From contig CAXXNF010000001.1 of assembly GCA_963666365.2 (NCBI GenBank), forward strand, positions 416,001-480,000: a stretch of 64,000 nucleotides of DNA. Direction: 5' to 3'. This DNA is from Syntrophales bacterium. GTDB lineage: Bacteria; Desulfobacterota; Syntrophia; Syntrophales; UBA2210. The notes below the pieces were generated by a model. It was not told the DNA's origin. It made no database searches and was given only the letters and a program-made list of their open reading frames with translations. Below are positions 7,943-17,738 of this stretch, piece after piece; positions within the stretch are counted from its first letter, which is position 1; every line of letters begins with the position of its first letter. Made by a program: the position numbers and the translations under genes.

Positions 7943-9280
7943 TCAGGCCCCTTTCCTTTTTCTCTTTGAGTGGGAAGGATCTTTCCCCCCATTTCGCATA
8001 AGCGCCTTTACGGGATCGAGTCCGTAAGGAGTGCCTTCTTCTATTGCCTTGAGAACCGTACCTCCGCCCGTGAAAAAATAATACTGCGAATTATCAAGGA
8101 CCGAAAGGTAAAGACCTGGGCAAAGATCCTTGAACTCTTTCAATGTATCGCCTCCGCCGTAAAGTTTCCTCGCCTCGGTATTCCGGTCGATCTTTCGGTC
8201 CATCGCCGCCGAACCTTCGGTAAAGTATGGGGTATAGCCCATTACGGCATTGACAAAGATCGTACGGGCATCACCGATGACCTTCGAAACCGTTTCGTCG
8301 TCAAAGGATTCGGCGGCCACGTCCAAAATATATCCCAATTCCATGCCTGGGCGCACATCCGCAAGCGAACGTTTTCGGTATTTTCCTTCGACCTTACCTT
8401 CCATGGTATCCGATTCGTAGACGCAGGGAAGTTCGATAATCTTTTTCGCGTCCCGGTCCATATCGACAAGGGGCCGGGCCTCCTTTATATCTTCTTTCTC
8501 GATTCCTTTTATGGATAGACCATATTTTGCCGCCAGATAGGTATTGTAGATAACCCCGCCTAAGATCAGATTGTCGACCTTTCTGTAAATTTCATAAAGC
8601 GGTCCGATCTTGGTGTTGAACTTGGCGCCCGCCACCACCGACAGGAAAGGACGTTCAGGGGCAAGAACATGTGAAAGATTGTGAAGCTCCCGCTGCATCA
8701 GATAGCCTGTAAAAGAGGGCAGAGCGGCGGTTATATCCACTGTCGACGCATGAGGCTGCCAGGAACCGAAGGCATCGTTAACGAAAACATCGGCCAGTCC
8801 GGCGAGCTGAAGGGTAAGCTGTTCCCGTTCGATCCCTCCCCCCTCTTCACCTCGAAACCATCGTGTATTGGGCAGATAGATGGCCCCTATCTCTCTTCTG
8901 CGCAATTGTCTGACAGCAAGATTGATGGACGTGTCGATGTGCGCAATACCACTTTCGTTTTCCGCACTAAAACGGGGGACATGGATCGTGCTGTGTAATT
9001 TGTGTTCCAGATAGTCGGCGATTGGCTCGACCGATGTGGAATCATCGATCCGGATAGTCCCATCTTTTTTATTACGGGGTCGTCCGACGTGAGTCATGAG
9101 AATAGGACGGCCTCCCCGCTCTACTATATTGAATATGGTACCGATTGTCTGATCGATTCGATAAGGATCCTCGATCTTTCCCCCTTTGACCACGTTATGG
9201 TCGACACGAAGCAGTACAACCTTGCCGTTCATGTGTGCATCCTGCAGCAGGGGCAGCGTTGAATCGAGCGCGTTTTCCAT
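7943..9280 (-). CDS. pgk: Phosphoglycerate kinase (divergent)
   Basis: LLRVDHNV, THVGRP, FVNDAFG, GAK, GGGDT and TGGG; AGGAGAGG RBS before ATG 9280. Confidence 0.85.
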   Translation of the reverse strand: MENALDSTLPLLQDAHMNGKVVLLRVDHNVVKGGKIEDPYRIDQTIGTIFNIVERGGRPILMTHVGRPRNKKDGTIRIDDSTSVEPIADYLEHKLHSTIHVPRFSAENESGIAHIDTSINLAVRQLRRREIGAIYLPNTRWFRGEEGGGIEREQLTLQLAGLADVFVNDAFGSWQPHASTVDITAALPSFTGYLMQRELHNLSHVLAPERPFLSVVAGAKFNTKIGPLYEIYRKVDNLILGGVIYNTYLAAKYGLSIKGIEKEDIKEARPLVDMDRDAKKIIELPCVYESDTMEGKVEGKYRKRSLADVRPGMELGYILDVAAESFDDETVSKVIGDARTIFVNAVMGYTPYFTEGSAAMDRKIDRNTEARKLYGGGDTLKEFKDLCPGLYLSVLDNSQYYFFTGGGTVLKAIEEGTPYGLDPVKALMRNGGKDPSHSKRKRKGA

Positions 9281-9479
9281 AAGCAACCTCTCCTCTATAC
9301 ACTTTTTTACGCATTACTATACCTTTCTTCGACCGTCGCTTGTCGTTGAGCTGCGAGAAACTGGAGATAGGGCATTCCTTTGTTTGACCATTTCACGCAA
9401 AGATGCTAGAAATCACGAGCGTACCGTTTTTTGCACCATCACTAGATCCGCAGTACCTACTCGGAAAGGAAAAGCGAAT

Positions 9480-9863
9480 ATGCCGGCAATCGAACCAACG
9501 GAGGATCAGTTGCGCGAGTTCAGGAATCTGCCCCACGATAGGCCTGTGGTGATGCTCAATCTGCTTAAGTTCAAGCCCGACGGGGGAAAGGAATTATACG
9601 ACAGGTACGGGGTGGCGTCAACCCGATTGATCCTGAAACTCGGCGGTAAAATACTTTATTATGGAAGACCTCTCATGCCGGTCATCGGCGACGATCTATG
9701 GGATGCGGTTATTCTCGTTCAATATCCTTCCATCTCCGCCTTTATCGGAATGGTTGAAAGCGAACCCTATCAGGCTGCAGCGCCCGATCGTCAGAATTCT
9801 CTGGAGGATTCACGTCTCATCGCCATGGACACGGTTCCTCTGGATCCACGAATCATAGCGTAA
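9480..9863 (+). CDS. DUF1330 domain protein
   Basis: PVVMLNLLKF...Y..Y...GGK...WD.V.LVQYPS..AF..MV.SE.YQ; RBS GGAAAGGA. Confidence 0.85.
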   Translation: MPAIEPTEDQLREFRNLPHDRPVVMLNLLKFKPDGGKELYDRYGVASTRLILKLGGKILYYGRPLMPVIGDDLWDAVILVQYPSISAFIGMVESEPYQAAAPDRQNSLEDSRLIAMDTVPLDPRIIA

Positions 9864-9879
9864 CATCAAGGAGAATAGT

Positions 9880-10710
9880 ATGGCCGAATTATCTGAGTAC
9901 CAGGAGGCAGGACGGCGACTGACGGAAGGGCTTCGACTCTATACCGATCCGGTGGCAATCAAATACATTAAAAACATCGACGAAATACCTTCCGGGGCCA
10001 GACGTCCTTCGGCCCAGGGCCAGAAATGGTCGCTGTGCCAGGCCTTTACCTACAGCCGACGTTGGCGGATGCACGTGGCCATGACGTCGGAAGATAATTT
10101 CTGTGTGCCCGCAACGGCGGCTCACCGCTGGGAACAGGTGCCGCTGGAGGACTTGATCGAAAGCCAGGTGCGTCAGGGATGGCACAAGGACAGGGAGGCG
10201 GAGGAAAGGCGATTCCGTTTCTTCCACGATTGCCTGGGGGAAGAAAATTATGAAAGAATGACTCAGTTTAAGGGGTTTATCTCTTCTCCGCTCGCGGAGA
10301 CGATCGTCGCCCCCGATGCGGTGCTGCTCTATGGCGATGGAGTGCAGATTACCCATATCGTGCAGGCGCTTTCCTATGAATTCAAACATCCTGTCATGTC
10401 TTCATTCGAAGGATTCGGCGAGTCCTGTCAGAAGGGCGCCTTGCTGCCCTTTCTCACGGGAAAGCCTCAGGTGGTGATCCCGGGCATGGGCGACAGGGCC
10501 TTCTCGGGCACGACGGAGCAGGAAATCGCCATCGGCATTCCCGGATCCTTGATCTTTTATACAGTGGAGAATTTATTCAAGGCAGGGGGCAGGCTCAACA
10601 TGGGCCAGCCGGTGAGAACCGTGCTTCCCAACAATATCACTGAAAAAATTACACCGGGCTTTGCCTTTATGTCGGACAAAATCAAGGAATACAAGGGTCA
10701 GGAGAGCTGA
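9880..10710 (+). CDS. DUF169 domain protein
   Basis: PVAIK, SLCQA, DNFC, PDAVLLYG..Q, ESC and GDR motifs; RBS AAGGAG. Confidence 0.8.
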   Translation: MAELSEYQEAGRRLTEGLRLYTDPVAIKYIKNIDEIPSGARRPSAQGQKWSLCQAFTYSRRWRMHVAMTSEDNFCVPATAAHRWEQVPLEDLIESQVRQGWHKDREAEERRFRFFHDCLGEENYERMTQFKGFISSPLAETIVAPDAVLLYGDGVQITHIVQALSYEFKHPVMSSFEGFGESCQKGALLPFLTGKPQVVIPGMGDRAFSGTTEQEIAIGIPGSLIFYTVENLFKAGGRLNMGQPVRTVLPNNITEKITPGFAFMSDKIKEYKGQES

Positions 10711-10776
10711 TCCATTCCATGATTCAAAGAATGGTTGCGCCAACTCAGGAAACAATTATGGCAACGGGATCCTGCT

Positions 10777-12036
10777 ATGGGTGATTTAAGTCTTTTTTTT
10801 CGTTTCGGCGTAGCGCTAGTCATCGGCATCTTTGTGGGCATGCAGCGTGAGTTTGCCGACAACAAGGGGGATCGGGAACTGGCCATGGGGGTCAGAACTC
10901 TTGCCCTCATGGGCCTGCTCGGCTGTACGGGTGCCTTTTTGGGGGATCTGGTCGGATCTCCCTGGCCTCTCGTGACGATCATTTTGATACTGGGCGCTTT
11001 CATCGGCATGAATCATTTCATAGAGGCGTCCCGGGGAGAAGCGGGGCTTACCACGGAGGCTTCGGGGATTCTCACAATCCTTGCAGGCGCGCTGGCGTAC
11101 TGGGATCAGTTGACCCTGGCGGTGGCCCTCGGCGTGGCCACGGCGGCCCTCCTCTCATTCAAACCGGAACTCCACCGTTTCGCGAAGCAACTCACCCGCG
11201 AGGATGTGTACGCAACTCTCAAACTGGCGGTCATCACCGCGATTGTGCTGCCCGTCCTACCTCACAAATCCTTCGGCCCCCCACCCTTCGACGTGCTGAA
11301 TCCTTTCAAGATATGGCTTTTGGTAGTCTTTATTTCGGGCATCAGCTTCGTGGGATATCTGCTGATAAAGATTGCCGGCGCCCGAAAAGGAATCGGCCTC
11401 ACCGGGCTTCTGGGCGGCCTCGCATCAAGCACCGCCGTTACTCTCACTTTTGCCCAGAGGAGCAAAGACGCGTCGGCGCTGGCACGTCCCTTTGCCCTGG
11501 CAATCACCGTGGCCTGGACGGTGATGTTTGCACGGGTAGTGATTGAAGTGGCGGCGCTCAACATTGAACTGGCCAAGGTGATCGTGCTCCCCCTGGCGAT
11601 ACCCGTTGCCGCCGGGCTCGCCTATTGTGTGGTTCTCTTTCGGGCGCAACGAAATGCCGAAACGGGTGCTGTAAATTTCAGCAATCCCTTTGAAGTGGGA
11701 CCGGCGATAACCTTCGGCCTTGTATTTACCGTTATTCTCGTCATAAGCAGGGCGGCCCAGGTCTACATGGGAGACGCCGGAATTTATCTTTCCAGCGTAA
11801 TCGCCGGTCTTGCGGACGTGGACGCCATCGCGCTTTCCGTGGCAGAGCTGAGCAGTAAGCCGGGAGGAATCGGAATGGAAACGGCAGCCCGTGCGATTCT
11901 TCTTGCCGCCGTTGCAAATACGGCACTGAAAGGATGCATGGTATGTATGGCGGGTGCGCCGGCGCTGCGCCGCGCCATCGCACCCGGCTTTGCGCTGATG
12001 CTTCTGTCCGGCCTGCTTGTTGCCTTTTTTATGTAA
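10777..12036 (+). CDS. MgtC/SapB-DUF4010 membrane protein
   Basis: IGIFVGMQRE, GVRT, GLTTE, GGLASSTAVT, NPF, GLADVDAI and ANT.LK; multiple TM helices. Confidence 0.88.
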   Translation: MGDLSLFFRFGVALVIGIFVGMQREFADNKGDRELAMGVRTLALMGLLGCTGAFLGDLVGSPWPLVTIILILGAFIGMNHFIEASRGEAGLTTEASGILTILAGALAYWDQLTLAVALGVATAALLSFKPELHRFAKQLTREDVYATLKLAVITAIVLPVLPHKSFGPPPFDVLNPFKIWLLVVFISGISFVGYLLIKIAGARKGIGLTGLLGGLASSTAVTLTFAQRSKDASALARPFALAITVAWTVMFARVVIEVAALNIELAKVIVLPLAIPVAAGLAYCVVLFRAQRNAETGAVNFSNPFEVGPAITFGLVFTVILVISRAAQVYMGDAGIYLSSVIAGLADVDAIALSVAELSSKPGGIGMETAARAILLAAVANTALKGCMVCMAGAPALRRAIAPGFALMLLSGLLVAFFM

Positions 12037-12043
12037 CAAGCCG

Positions 12044-12616
12044 TTACTTTCGGACCAGACGGCAACCAATTTCAAAGGCCCTGTCAAGAAGAGCATTATC
12101 CGACTTGGCAGGCGCTTCATGACTGTTCACGTGGATAATCCGCCCCACCTCCTCAAAACCGAGACCGCTGCCCGTAAAACCGGCGAGATAACGGATGGAC
12201 TTCTTGTACTGCTCGGGATCGGGTGCACCCTGAGTCACGACCATTGCATAGGTTTTCCCTGGAGTTACCAGTGATTCATATCCTCCGCCGGGAAGGTTTG
12301 CATAGAGAGAGTAAAGCCTGTCGATAAAAAGCTTCATCTGCCCTGAAATGCGGTACATGTATATCGGGCAGCCGATGACCATGCCGTCGCAGCTCTTTAT
12401 TGCCTCCAGATAGGAACTCAACCCATCCTGCTGCCGACATGTCCCCGGATTATCCCGGCAACTGAGACAGCCCATGCATCCCCTCTGGCCGATATCATGA
12501 AGGCGCACCTCCGTCGTATCGGCGCCCATGGAGCGGGCGCCTTCAAGTAGTGAGCCGAGAATCGTTCCCGTATTTCCTCCCCTGCGGGGACTTCCGTTGA
12601 ACGCCAGAATCTGCAT
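12044..12616 (-). CDS. Iron-sulfur flavoprotein (flavodoxin/NADPH-dependent FMN reductase family)
   Basis: GSPRRGGNT, CMGCLSC...C cluster motif and PIY...SGQMK.FIDR. Confidence 0.88.
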   Translation of the reverse strand: MQILAFNGSPRRGGNTGTILGSLLEGARSMGADTTEVRLHDIGQRGCMGCLSCRDNPGTCRQQDGLSSYLEAIKSCDGMVIGCPIYMYRISGQMKLFIDRLYSLYANLPGGGYESLVTPGKTYAMVVTQGAPDPEQYKKSIRYLAGFTGSGLGFEEVGRIIHVNSHEAPAKSDNALLDRAFEIGCRLVRK

Positions 12617-12772
12617 ACATTACCCCCTCTTCAGTGCTTCCGTTTTCGCTGGCCTCTTACGCGGCTTCCGCTTCAGTGCGGTTTACTGCGCGAGACTTCA
12701 CCTCATATCAGTTCCCTCTGATCTTTGCAACTGACCTCCGACCACCCTTTTTGATGAACTATAGAAAAATGA

Positions 12773-13159
12773 TTACAGCAGGGAATCAGGCTCGGCGGTA
12801 TCCCGTACCGTAATGACTCCGCTCTTGAGTAAACGGGAGAAGGCTTCAGGATTGCTCAGCGCCTGACAGAGCGTCACACGCTGCGACACATAGCGTTCCA
12901 GTGCCAAAAGCGCTCCCAGCCCTGCGGCATACAATGCGATATATGCATACTGGTGCAGGTAGAAAAAAACAGCGGCTACCGCCACAATTGTTACGGGAAA
13001 GGAATAAAGCCATACGAAATGATGAAAAAGTTTCACCAAGGGGTTTTTCGTTACCTTTGCATAGTCCGCGAGAAGGCTGCTTCGGTTAAACCCTATCATT
13101 ACCTGGCCTTTTCGATATTTCTCAACCACAACATCGAACAGTGCCGATGATTTTTTCAT
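12773..13159 (-). CDS. Hypothetical membrane protein (2 TM)
   Basis: GAGGTG RBS and two hydrophobic segments. Confidence 0.7.
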   Translation of the reverse strand: MKKSSALFDVVVEKYRKGQVMIGFNRSSLLADYAKVTKNPLVKLFHHFVWLYSFPVTIVAVAAVFFYLHQYAYIALYAAGLGALLALERYVSQRVTLCQALSNPEAFSRLLKSGVITVRDTAEPDSLL

Positions 13160-13319
13160 GTGTCACCTCATTGCGTGATGTCGGCACCGTCTCCCCGTAA
13201 GGAGCTCGCCTGCACGTTTGCACAGGAAGAATCCGGAGAACCGCAATCCCTATATCGTCAGTTGCGCCAAGAAACTTGAGTGCGTTCTTTGTGATATTCA
13301 CCACAGATCTGTGTGCATG

Positions 13320-13357
13320 AAAAAAAGCCGAGATGGTCCGGTACGAACCATCTCGGC
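13320..13357 (-). terminator. Rho-independent terminator of the dcw operon
   Basis: On the minus strand: GCCGAGATGGT-loop-ACCATCTCGGC followed by T7. Confidence 0.85.
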
Positions 13358-13507
13358 CTCAAGAGAGGATGTCGGGCGCCATGCCCACTTCATCATTCAC
13401 CGACTTTCGATTCCCGCGGATCGGAATCTTCTCCGGTTACCGGTAGATATGCTCCCTGACTGCCTGCCCATTCCTGCGGCTCATTGCCGATGGATACACC
13501 GCAGGCA

Positions 13508-14665
13508 TCAATTCTCCTGTTTCCTCAAAAAGGCAGGTTTCTCAAAATCGATACTGTCGTCATCGATCATGCCCATTTTGATGACGATGGGTTTGTCCGC
13601 ACCTTCCCTGTTCCTCATGAAGGTGGGAGTCGACAGATCTTCCTTCTCTTTTTTGTAGCTGGTAAAACTTGACACATTGGGAACGCTTTCACGCTTCGGT
13701 TCTTTTGCGTCAAAGCCGGTAGCAATCACGGTTACTCTCAGTTCATCACCCATGCTTTCATCGACTACGGTGCCGAAGATGATGTTTGCATCTTCATGGG
13801 CCTCCGCCTGAACCAAGCTTGATGCTTCGTTGACCTCAAAGAGGGTCATATCGGGGCTCCCTGTAATGTTCAGAAGCACCCCCCTGGCCCCCTGAATCGA
13901 GTTGTCTTCCAGAAGCGGTGAAGAGATCGCCTTCTGAGCGGCCTCAACCGCTCGATCTTCCCCGCCGGCGATACCGGTTCCCATGAGGGCGAGCCCCATA
14001 TCCGACATAATGCACTTTACATCGGCAAAGTCCAGGTTGATCAGCCCCGGCACCATGATGAGATCCGAAATGCCCTTTACACCGTGGTAGAGAATGTCGT
14101 CAGCCTTTTTGAAGGCATCCTGCAGGGACATGTTCCGGCCGCTGATGCTCAAAAGTCTCTGATTGGGAATAACAATCAAACTGTCTACCACTTCTTTCAG
14201 CTCCCTCAGTCCCTCATCGGCCTGGACGAGGCGTTTTTTCCCTTCGAAAAGAAACGGTTTGGTAACGACGGCAACCGTCAATATGTCGAGCTCACGGGCG
14301 ATCTCCGCAACGACGGGCGCTCCACCGGTACCGGTGCCTCCTCCGAGACCCGCCGTTATGAAGACCATGTCGGCACCGCTGATCAGGTCACGAATGTGAT
14401 CCCTCGACTCCATGGCCGCTTTCCTCCCCTTTTCAGGATCGGAGCCGGCGCCCAGCCCACGTGTCACTTCCGATCCAAGCTGAACTTTGACGGGCGCCTT
14501 TGATACTTCCAATGCCTGGGCGTCCGTGTTGGCGGAGATAAAATCGACCCCGCTCAGCTTGTAGGCTATCATCATATTGACGGCATTTCCACCGCCTCCA
14601 CCGATACCAACGACCTTGATTTTGGCGCCGGTTCCCTTTTTACCACCTTCCAGTAGTTCAAACAT
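13508..14665 (-). CDS. ftsZ: Cell division protein FtsZ
   Basis: GGGTGTG tubulin signature, NLDFAD and C-terminal PAFLRK. Confidence 0.99.
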   Translation of the reverse strand: MFELLEGGKKGTGAKIKVVGIGGGGGNAVNMMIAYKLSGVDFISANTDAQALEVSKAPVKVQLGSEVTRGLGAGSDPEKGRKAAMESRDHIRDLISGADMVFITAGLGGGTGTGGAPVVAEIARELDILTVAVVTKPFLFEGKKRLVQADEGLRELKEVVDSLIVIPNQRLLSISGRNMSLQDAFKKADDILYHGVKGISDLIMVPGLINLDFADVKCIMSDMGLALMGTGIAGGEDRAVEAAQKAISSPLLEDNSIQGARGVLLNITGSPDMTLFEVNEASSLVQAEAHEDANIIFGTVVDESMGDELRVTVIATGFDAKEPKRESVPNVSSFTSYKKEKEDLSTPTFMRNREGADKPIVIKMGMIDDDSIDFEKPAFLRKQEN

Positions 14666-14680
14666 GTTTCATCCTCCCTT

Positions 14681-15907
14681 TTAGAAAAAATCGTTAAACC
14701 ACTTTTTCATCCGCGTTACTATTTTGCTGAGTGTATGAACTTCACTCTTTTTAAAACGTATTCCAGACCGGTTTTGGCTTCCGTGCACTACAAGGCCTAC
14801 ACCGGTTGCATACATGGGACTCTTCACAATGTCGGCAATGCCGCCCACGCTCACGGGACTTCCTCGTCGAACGGGCATGTTAAAGATGTTTTCCGCCAAT
14901 TCCACCGCACCTTCGATGATGGAGGTCCCTCCGGTGAGCACCACGCCCGCCGCAAGCAGATCTTCATATCCCGACTTCACAATTTCCCGATGGGCAAAGG
15001 TGAGAATCTCCTCGACGCGAGGCTCTATAATTTCACCAAGCACCTGGCGGGATACCCTTCGCGGATTGCGCCCGCCCACGCCGGGCACTTCGATGGTCTC
15101 ATCCTGAGGTATGAGTGCCGTATAGGCGCACCCGTATTTGATCTTCAGTTTTTCCGCCTCCATCATCGGCGTCCGCAGCCCCACGGCGATATCGTTGGTC
15201 ACATACCCTCCCCCCATTGGCAAAACGGCAGTATGAGTGATGCAGCCATCGGCAAAAACCGCTACATCAGTGGTTCCTCCCCCTATATCAATCAGCGCCA
15301 CCCCCAGTTCACGCTCATCCTGGCTCAACACGGCTTCGCTGGATGCAAGAGGCTCCAGAATGATATCATTGACATCGAGTCCCACTCTGTTGACCGATTT
15401 AATTATGTTCTGTATCGACGTAATCGCTCCGATGACCACATGCACCTTTGCTTCGAGTCTCACCCCGGCCATTCCGATGGGTTCCTTGACACCGTCCTGG
15501 TCGTCCACCACATAATACCGGGGCAGGGTGTGAATGACTTTTCGGTCAAGAGGAATCGCAAGGGCCGTGGCCGCCTCGATGGCCCGCTTTACATCTGTTT
15601 CATCCACTTCACCCGCCCTGACAGCGACAATGCCATGGCTGTTGAGTCCCTTGATATGGTTCCCGGCAATACCGGCATAGACCGATTTTATTTCGTATCC
15701 CGACATCAATTCCGCTTCTTCCACCGCCCGTTTGATCGACTCAACCGTACTTTCGATGTTGACAACCACCCCTTTTCGTATACCCTTCGACGCATGCATG
15801 CCGATTCCGATAATATCAATCCCTGTATCGGTCACCTCGCCAACAATCGCACAGGTCTTTGTGGTGCCGATATCAAGTCCGACTATTATGCTCTCTCGTC
15901 TTGCCAT
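14681..15907 (-). CDS. ftsA: Cell division protein FtsA
   Basis: GLDIGTTK, DIGGGTT and C-terminal amphipathic KKWF. Confidence 0.98.
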   Translation of the reverse strand: MARRESIIVGLDIGTTKTCAIVGEVTDTGIDIIGIGMHASKGIRKGVVVNIESTVESIKRAVEEAELMSGYEIKSVYAGIAGNHIKGLNSHGIVAVRAGEVDETDVKRAIEAATALAIPLDRKVIHTLPRYYVVDDQDGVKEPIGMAGVRLEAKVHVVIGAITSIQNIIKSVNRVGLDVNDIILEPLASSEAVLSQDERELGVALIDIGGGTTDVAVFADGCITHTAVLPMGGGYVTNDIAVGLRTPMMEAEKLKIKYGCAYTALIPQDETIEVPGVGGRNPRRVSRQVLGEIIEPRVEEILTFAHREIVKSGYEDLLAAGVVLTGGTSIIEGAVELAENIFNMPVRRGSPVSVGGIADIVKSPMYATGVGLVVHGSQNRSGIRFKKSEVHTLSKIVTRMKKWFNDFF

Positions 15908-15930
15908 CTAGCGTTTCGCCCCTTCCGGAA

Positions 15931-16773
15931 TTAAATGCGCGTTCTCCTCCATGCACTCGAGTGCTGAAAATCAATTGCACCGCCGCATTGAACAATTATT
16001 CGATCCGCTTCCATAAGATTGATACTGAGAACGGATGCTCCGGCATCTTTTCTTGAAAGATCAGAAAGAACCTTCTCAAGTCTTCTGAACTTCTTTTCAT
16101 ACTGACCATATCCGAGTTTCAGTTCATTGCGATCAATAGTGTAAATCGTATACCCATAGAGCGGATCTCCGTTAATTTCAGAGATATTCTCGAATCTCGG
16201 ATAGACGTCGCTCCGTGAAATTCTGTCAAGCAGAGAAAGTGCGCCCTTCAGCAGCTCGTCGTCTACAGTGCCCCCTCGGCGCATCCCTGTAAGAAGGGGA
16301 AGATCCACTTTATCTTCTCCATCGAGACCCTTAAAAACAACCCCATCCCTGTCGACCAGATAGAGATTTTTATCCCGCCGGATTAATGCCGCCGGTATCC
16401 GTTCTTCAATTTCTATGACCAGTCTGTTCGGCAGCTCTCTGCCCACAAAGGCTTCCCGTACCCACGGGCTGGTCCTTATTTTCATTGCCATTTTTTCAAG
16501 GTTGGCCGTCAGAATATTCATGGAGGGAACAACACCGGCCAACTCCAGCACCATGCCCTCATGCACCCGCACACAGCCTCTGACGCTTGCATCTTTCAGC
16601 TGAAAATAACTGGAACAGATGGCAAAGTTATATCCATACACCAGAACCATACCCAGACCCCCGGCCGCGATAATGACGGCAAGAGTTTTCATGATCTCGC
16701 GGCCTATCCTGGACGACCGTCGCTTCAGGCGGTATTTTCTGGTTTCCAGGGTGGTTTTTACGGATCTCCTCAT
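15931..16773 (-). CDS. ftsQ: Cell division protein FtsQ/DivIB
   Basis: TM plus POTRA (PWV...V.R.LP.RL.I.I.ER); dcw position. Confidence 0.92.
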   Translation of the reverse strand: MRRSVKTTLETRKYRLKRRSSRIGREIMKTLAVIIAAGGLGMVLVYGYNFAICSSYFQLKDASVRGCVRVHEGMVLELAGVVPSMNILTANLEKMAMKIRTSPWVREAFVGRELPNRLVIEIEERIPAALIRRDKNLYLVDRDGVVFKGLDGEDKVDLPLLTGMRRGGTVDDELLKGALSLLDRISRSDVYPRFENISEINGDPLYGYTIYTIDRNELKLGYGQYEKKFRRLEKVLSDLSRKDAGASVLSINLMEADRIIVQCGGAIDFQHSSAWRRTRI

Positions 16774-17699
16774 ATCCCGTCCCCTATTATTTTCACTTCC
16801 GTCTCCAGAAGTATGCCGGTCCGCTTTTTCACCTTCTCCCGTATTATATCTATCAGTTCAAGAACATCGCCGGCACGGGCCTTTCCTCTGTTCACGATAA
16901 AGTTGCCGTGCATCTCGGAAACCTGGGCATCACCTGTTCGAAAGCCCTTAAGTCCCGCTTCTTCTATCAATTTCCCCGCCGGATTGCCGGGAGGGTTTTT
17001 AAATACCGATCCTGCGCTTCTCAGCGTCAGGGGATGTTTTGACTTCCTGAGCGCCCTGATTTCATCCACCCGTCTTTTGATCACATCAGAAGGCCTGCGG
17101 GTCAGTTGTACGCGAGCGCCGGTTATAATGGCTCCCTCGGGAAGGTCAAGGCGTCGATATTCGAATTGAAGGCGCTCCCGCGCTACCGCCTTTATCTGTC
17201 TGTGCGGTTCCAGAAGAAACAGGGTCGTTACAATGTCCTTCATCTCTCCCCCATAGGCTCCGGCGTTCATCCAGAGAGCCCCTCCAAAGCTTCCGGGAAT
17301 ACCCGCACAGAACTCCAGCCCCCCCAAAGAATGCTCTACGGAAAGATCAACCATCCGGCCAAGGGAAACTCCCGCCTCGGCATATAACAGGGATTCTTCG
17401 GCGCTCTTGTCTTCAATTTCCACTCCCTGAAGTCCTTTCAGCGAAATCAAGGCGCCCCGGTACCCGCCGTCCCGCACGATAAGATTTGTACAGTTCCCCA
17501 CGGGCATACATGGAATCTTGCGTTCATCGAAATAAGCGAGTGTTCTTTTCAGCTCTTCCACACTGGCCGGCACGACAAAAACATCGGCCTTCCCGCCTAT
17601 CCCGATGGACGTATGCCGCGACATGGGTTCGTCCACTGCAACCTCCTTCACCCCATGCAGCAACTGAAGTTCATTTTTCAGCTTCGCCCTATCGATCAT
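16770..17699 (-). CDS. murB: UDP-N-acetylmuramate dehydrogenase
   Basis: GIPGSFGG..MNAGAYG, SAGSVFKNP and LETEV. Confidence 0.97.
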   Translation of the reverse strand: MIDRAKLKNELQLLHGVKEVAVDEPMSRHTSIGIGGKADVFVVPASVEELKRTLAYFDERKIPCMPVGNCTNLIVRDGGYRGALISLKGLQGVEIEDKSAEESLLYAEAGVSLGRMVDLSVEHSLGGLEFCAGIPGSFGGALWMNAGAYGGEMKDIVTTLFLLEPHRQIKAVARERLQFEYRRLDLPEGAIITGARVQLTRRPSDVIKRRVDEIRALRKSKHPLTLRSAGSVFKNPPGNPAGKLIEEAGLKGFRTGDAQVSEMHGNFIVNRGKARAGDVLELIDIIREKVKKRTGILLETEVKIIGDGI

Positions 17700-17738
17700 T
17701 CCTTCACACCTCAGCGCTCGCGCTCCTGCGGCTCACGT

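Noticed and set aside
12617..12772. Repeated GCACTGAAG/CGGAAGC words upstream of the flavoprotein, glycine-riboswitch-like
   Set aside because: Lacks the GGAGA and CTCTCAGG cores; only two short copies
13320..13507. Possible 6S, SRP or tRNA-Sec gene
   Set aside because: No diagnostic motifs recognised; kept only as a structured-UTR candidate
14735..15934. 399-aa ORF antisense to ftsA, and similar long shadow ORFs (3893-4804, 6643-7476, 43609-44445)
   Set aside because: They mirror well-conserved genes on the opposite strand and have no motifs or RBS
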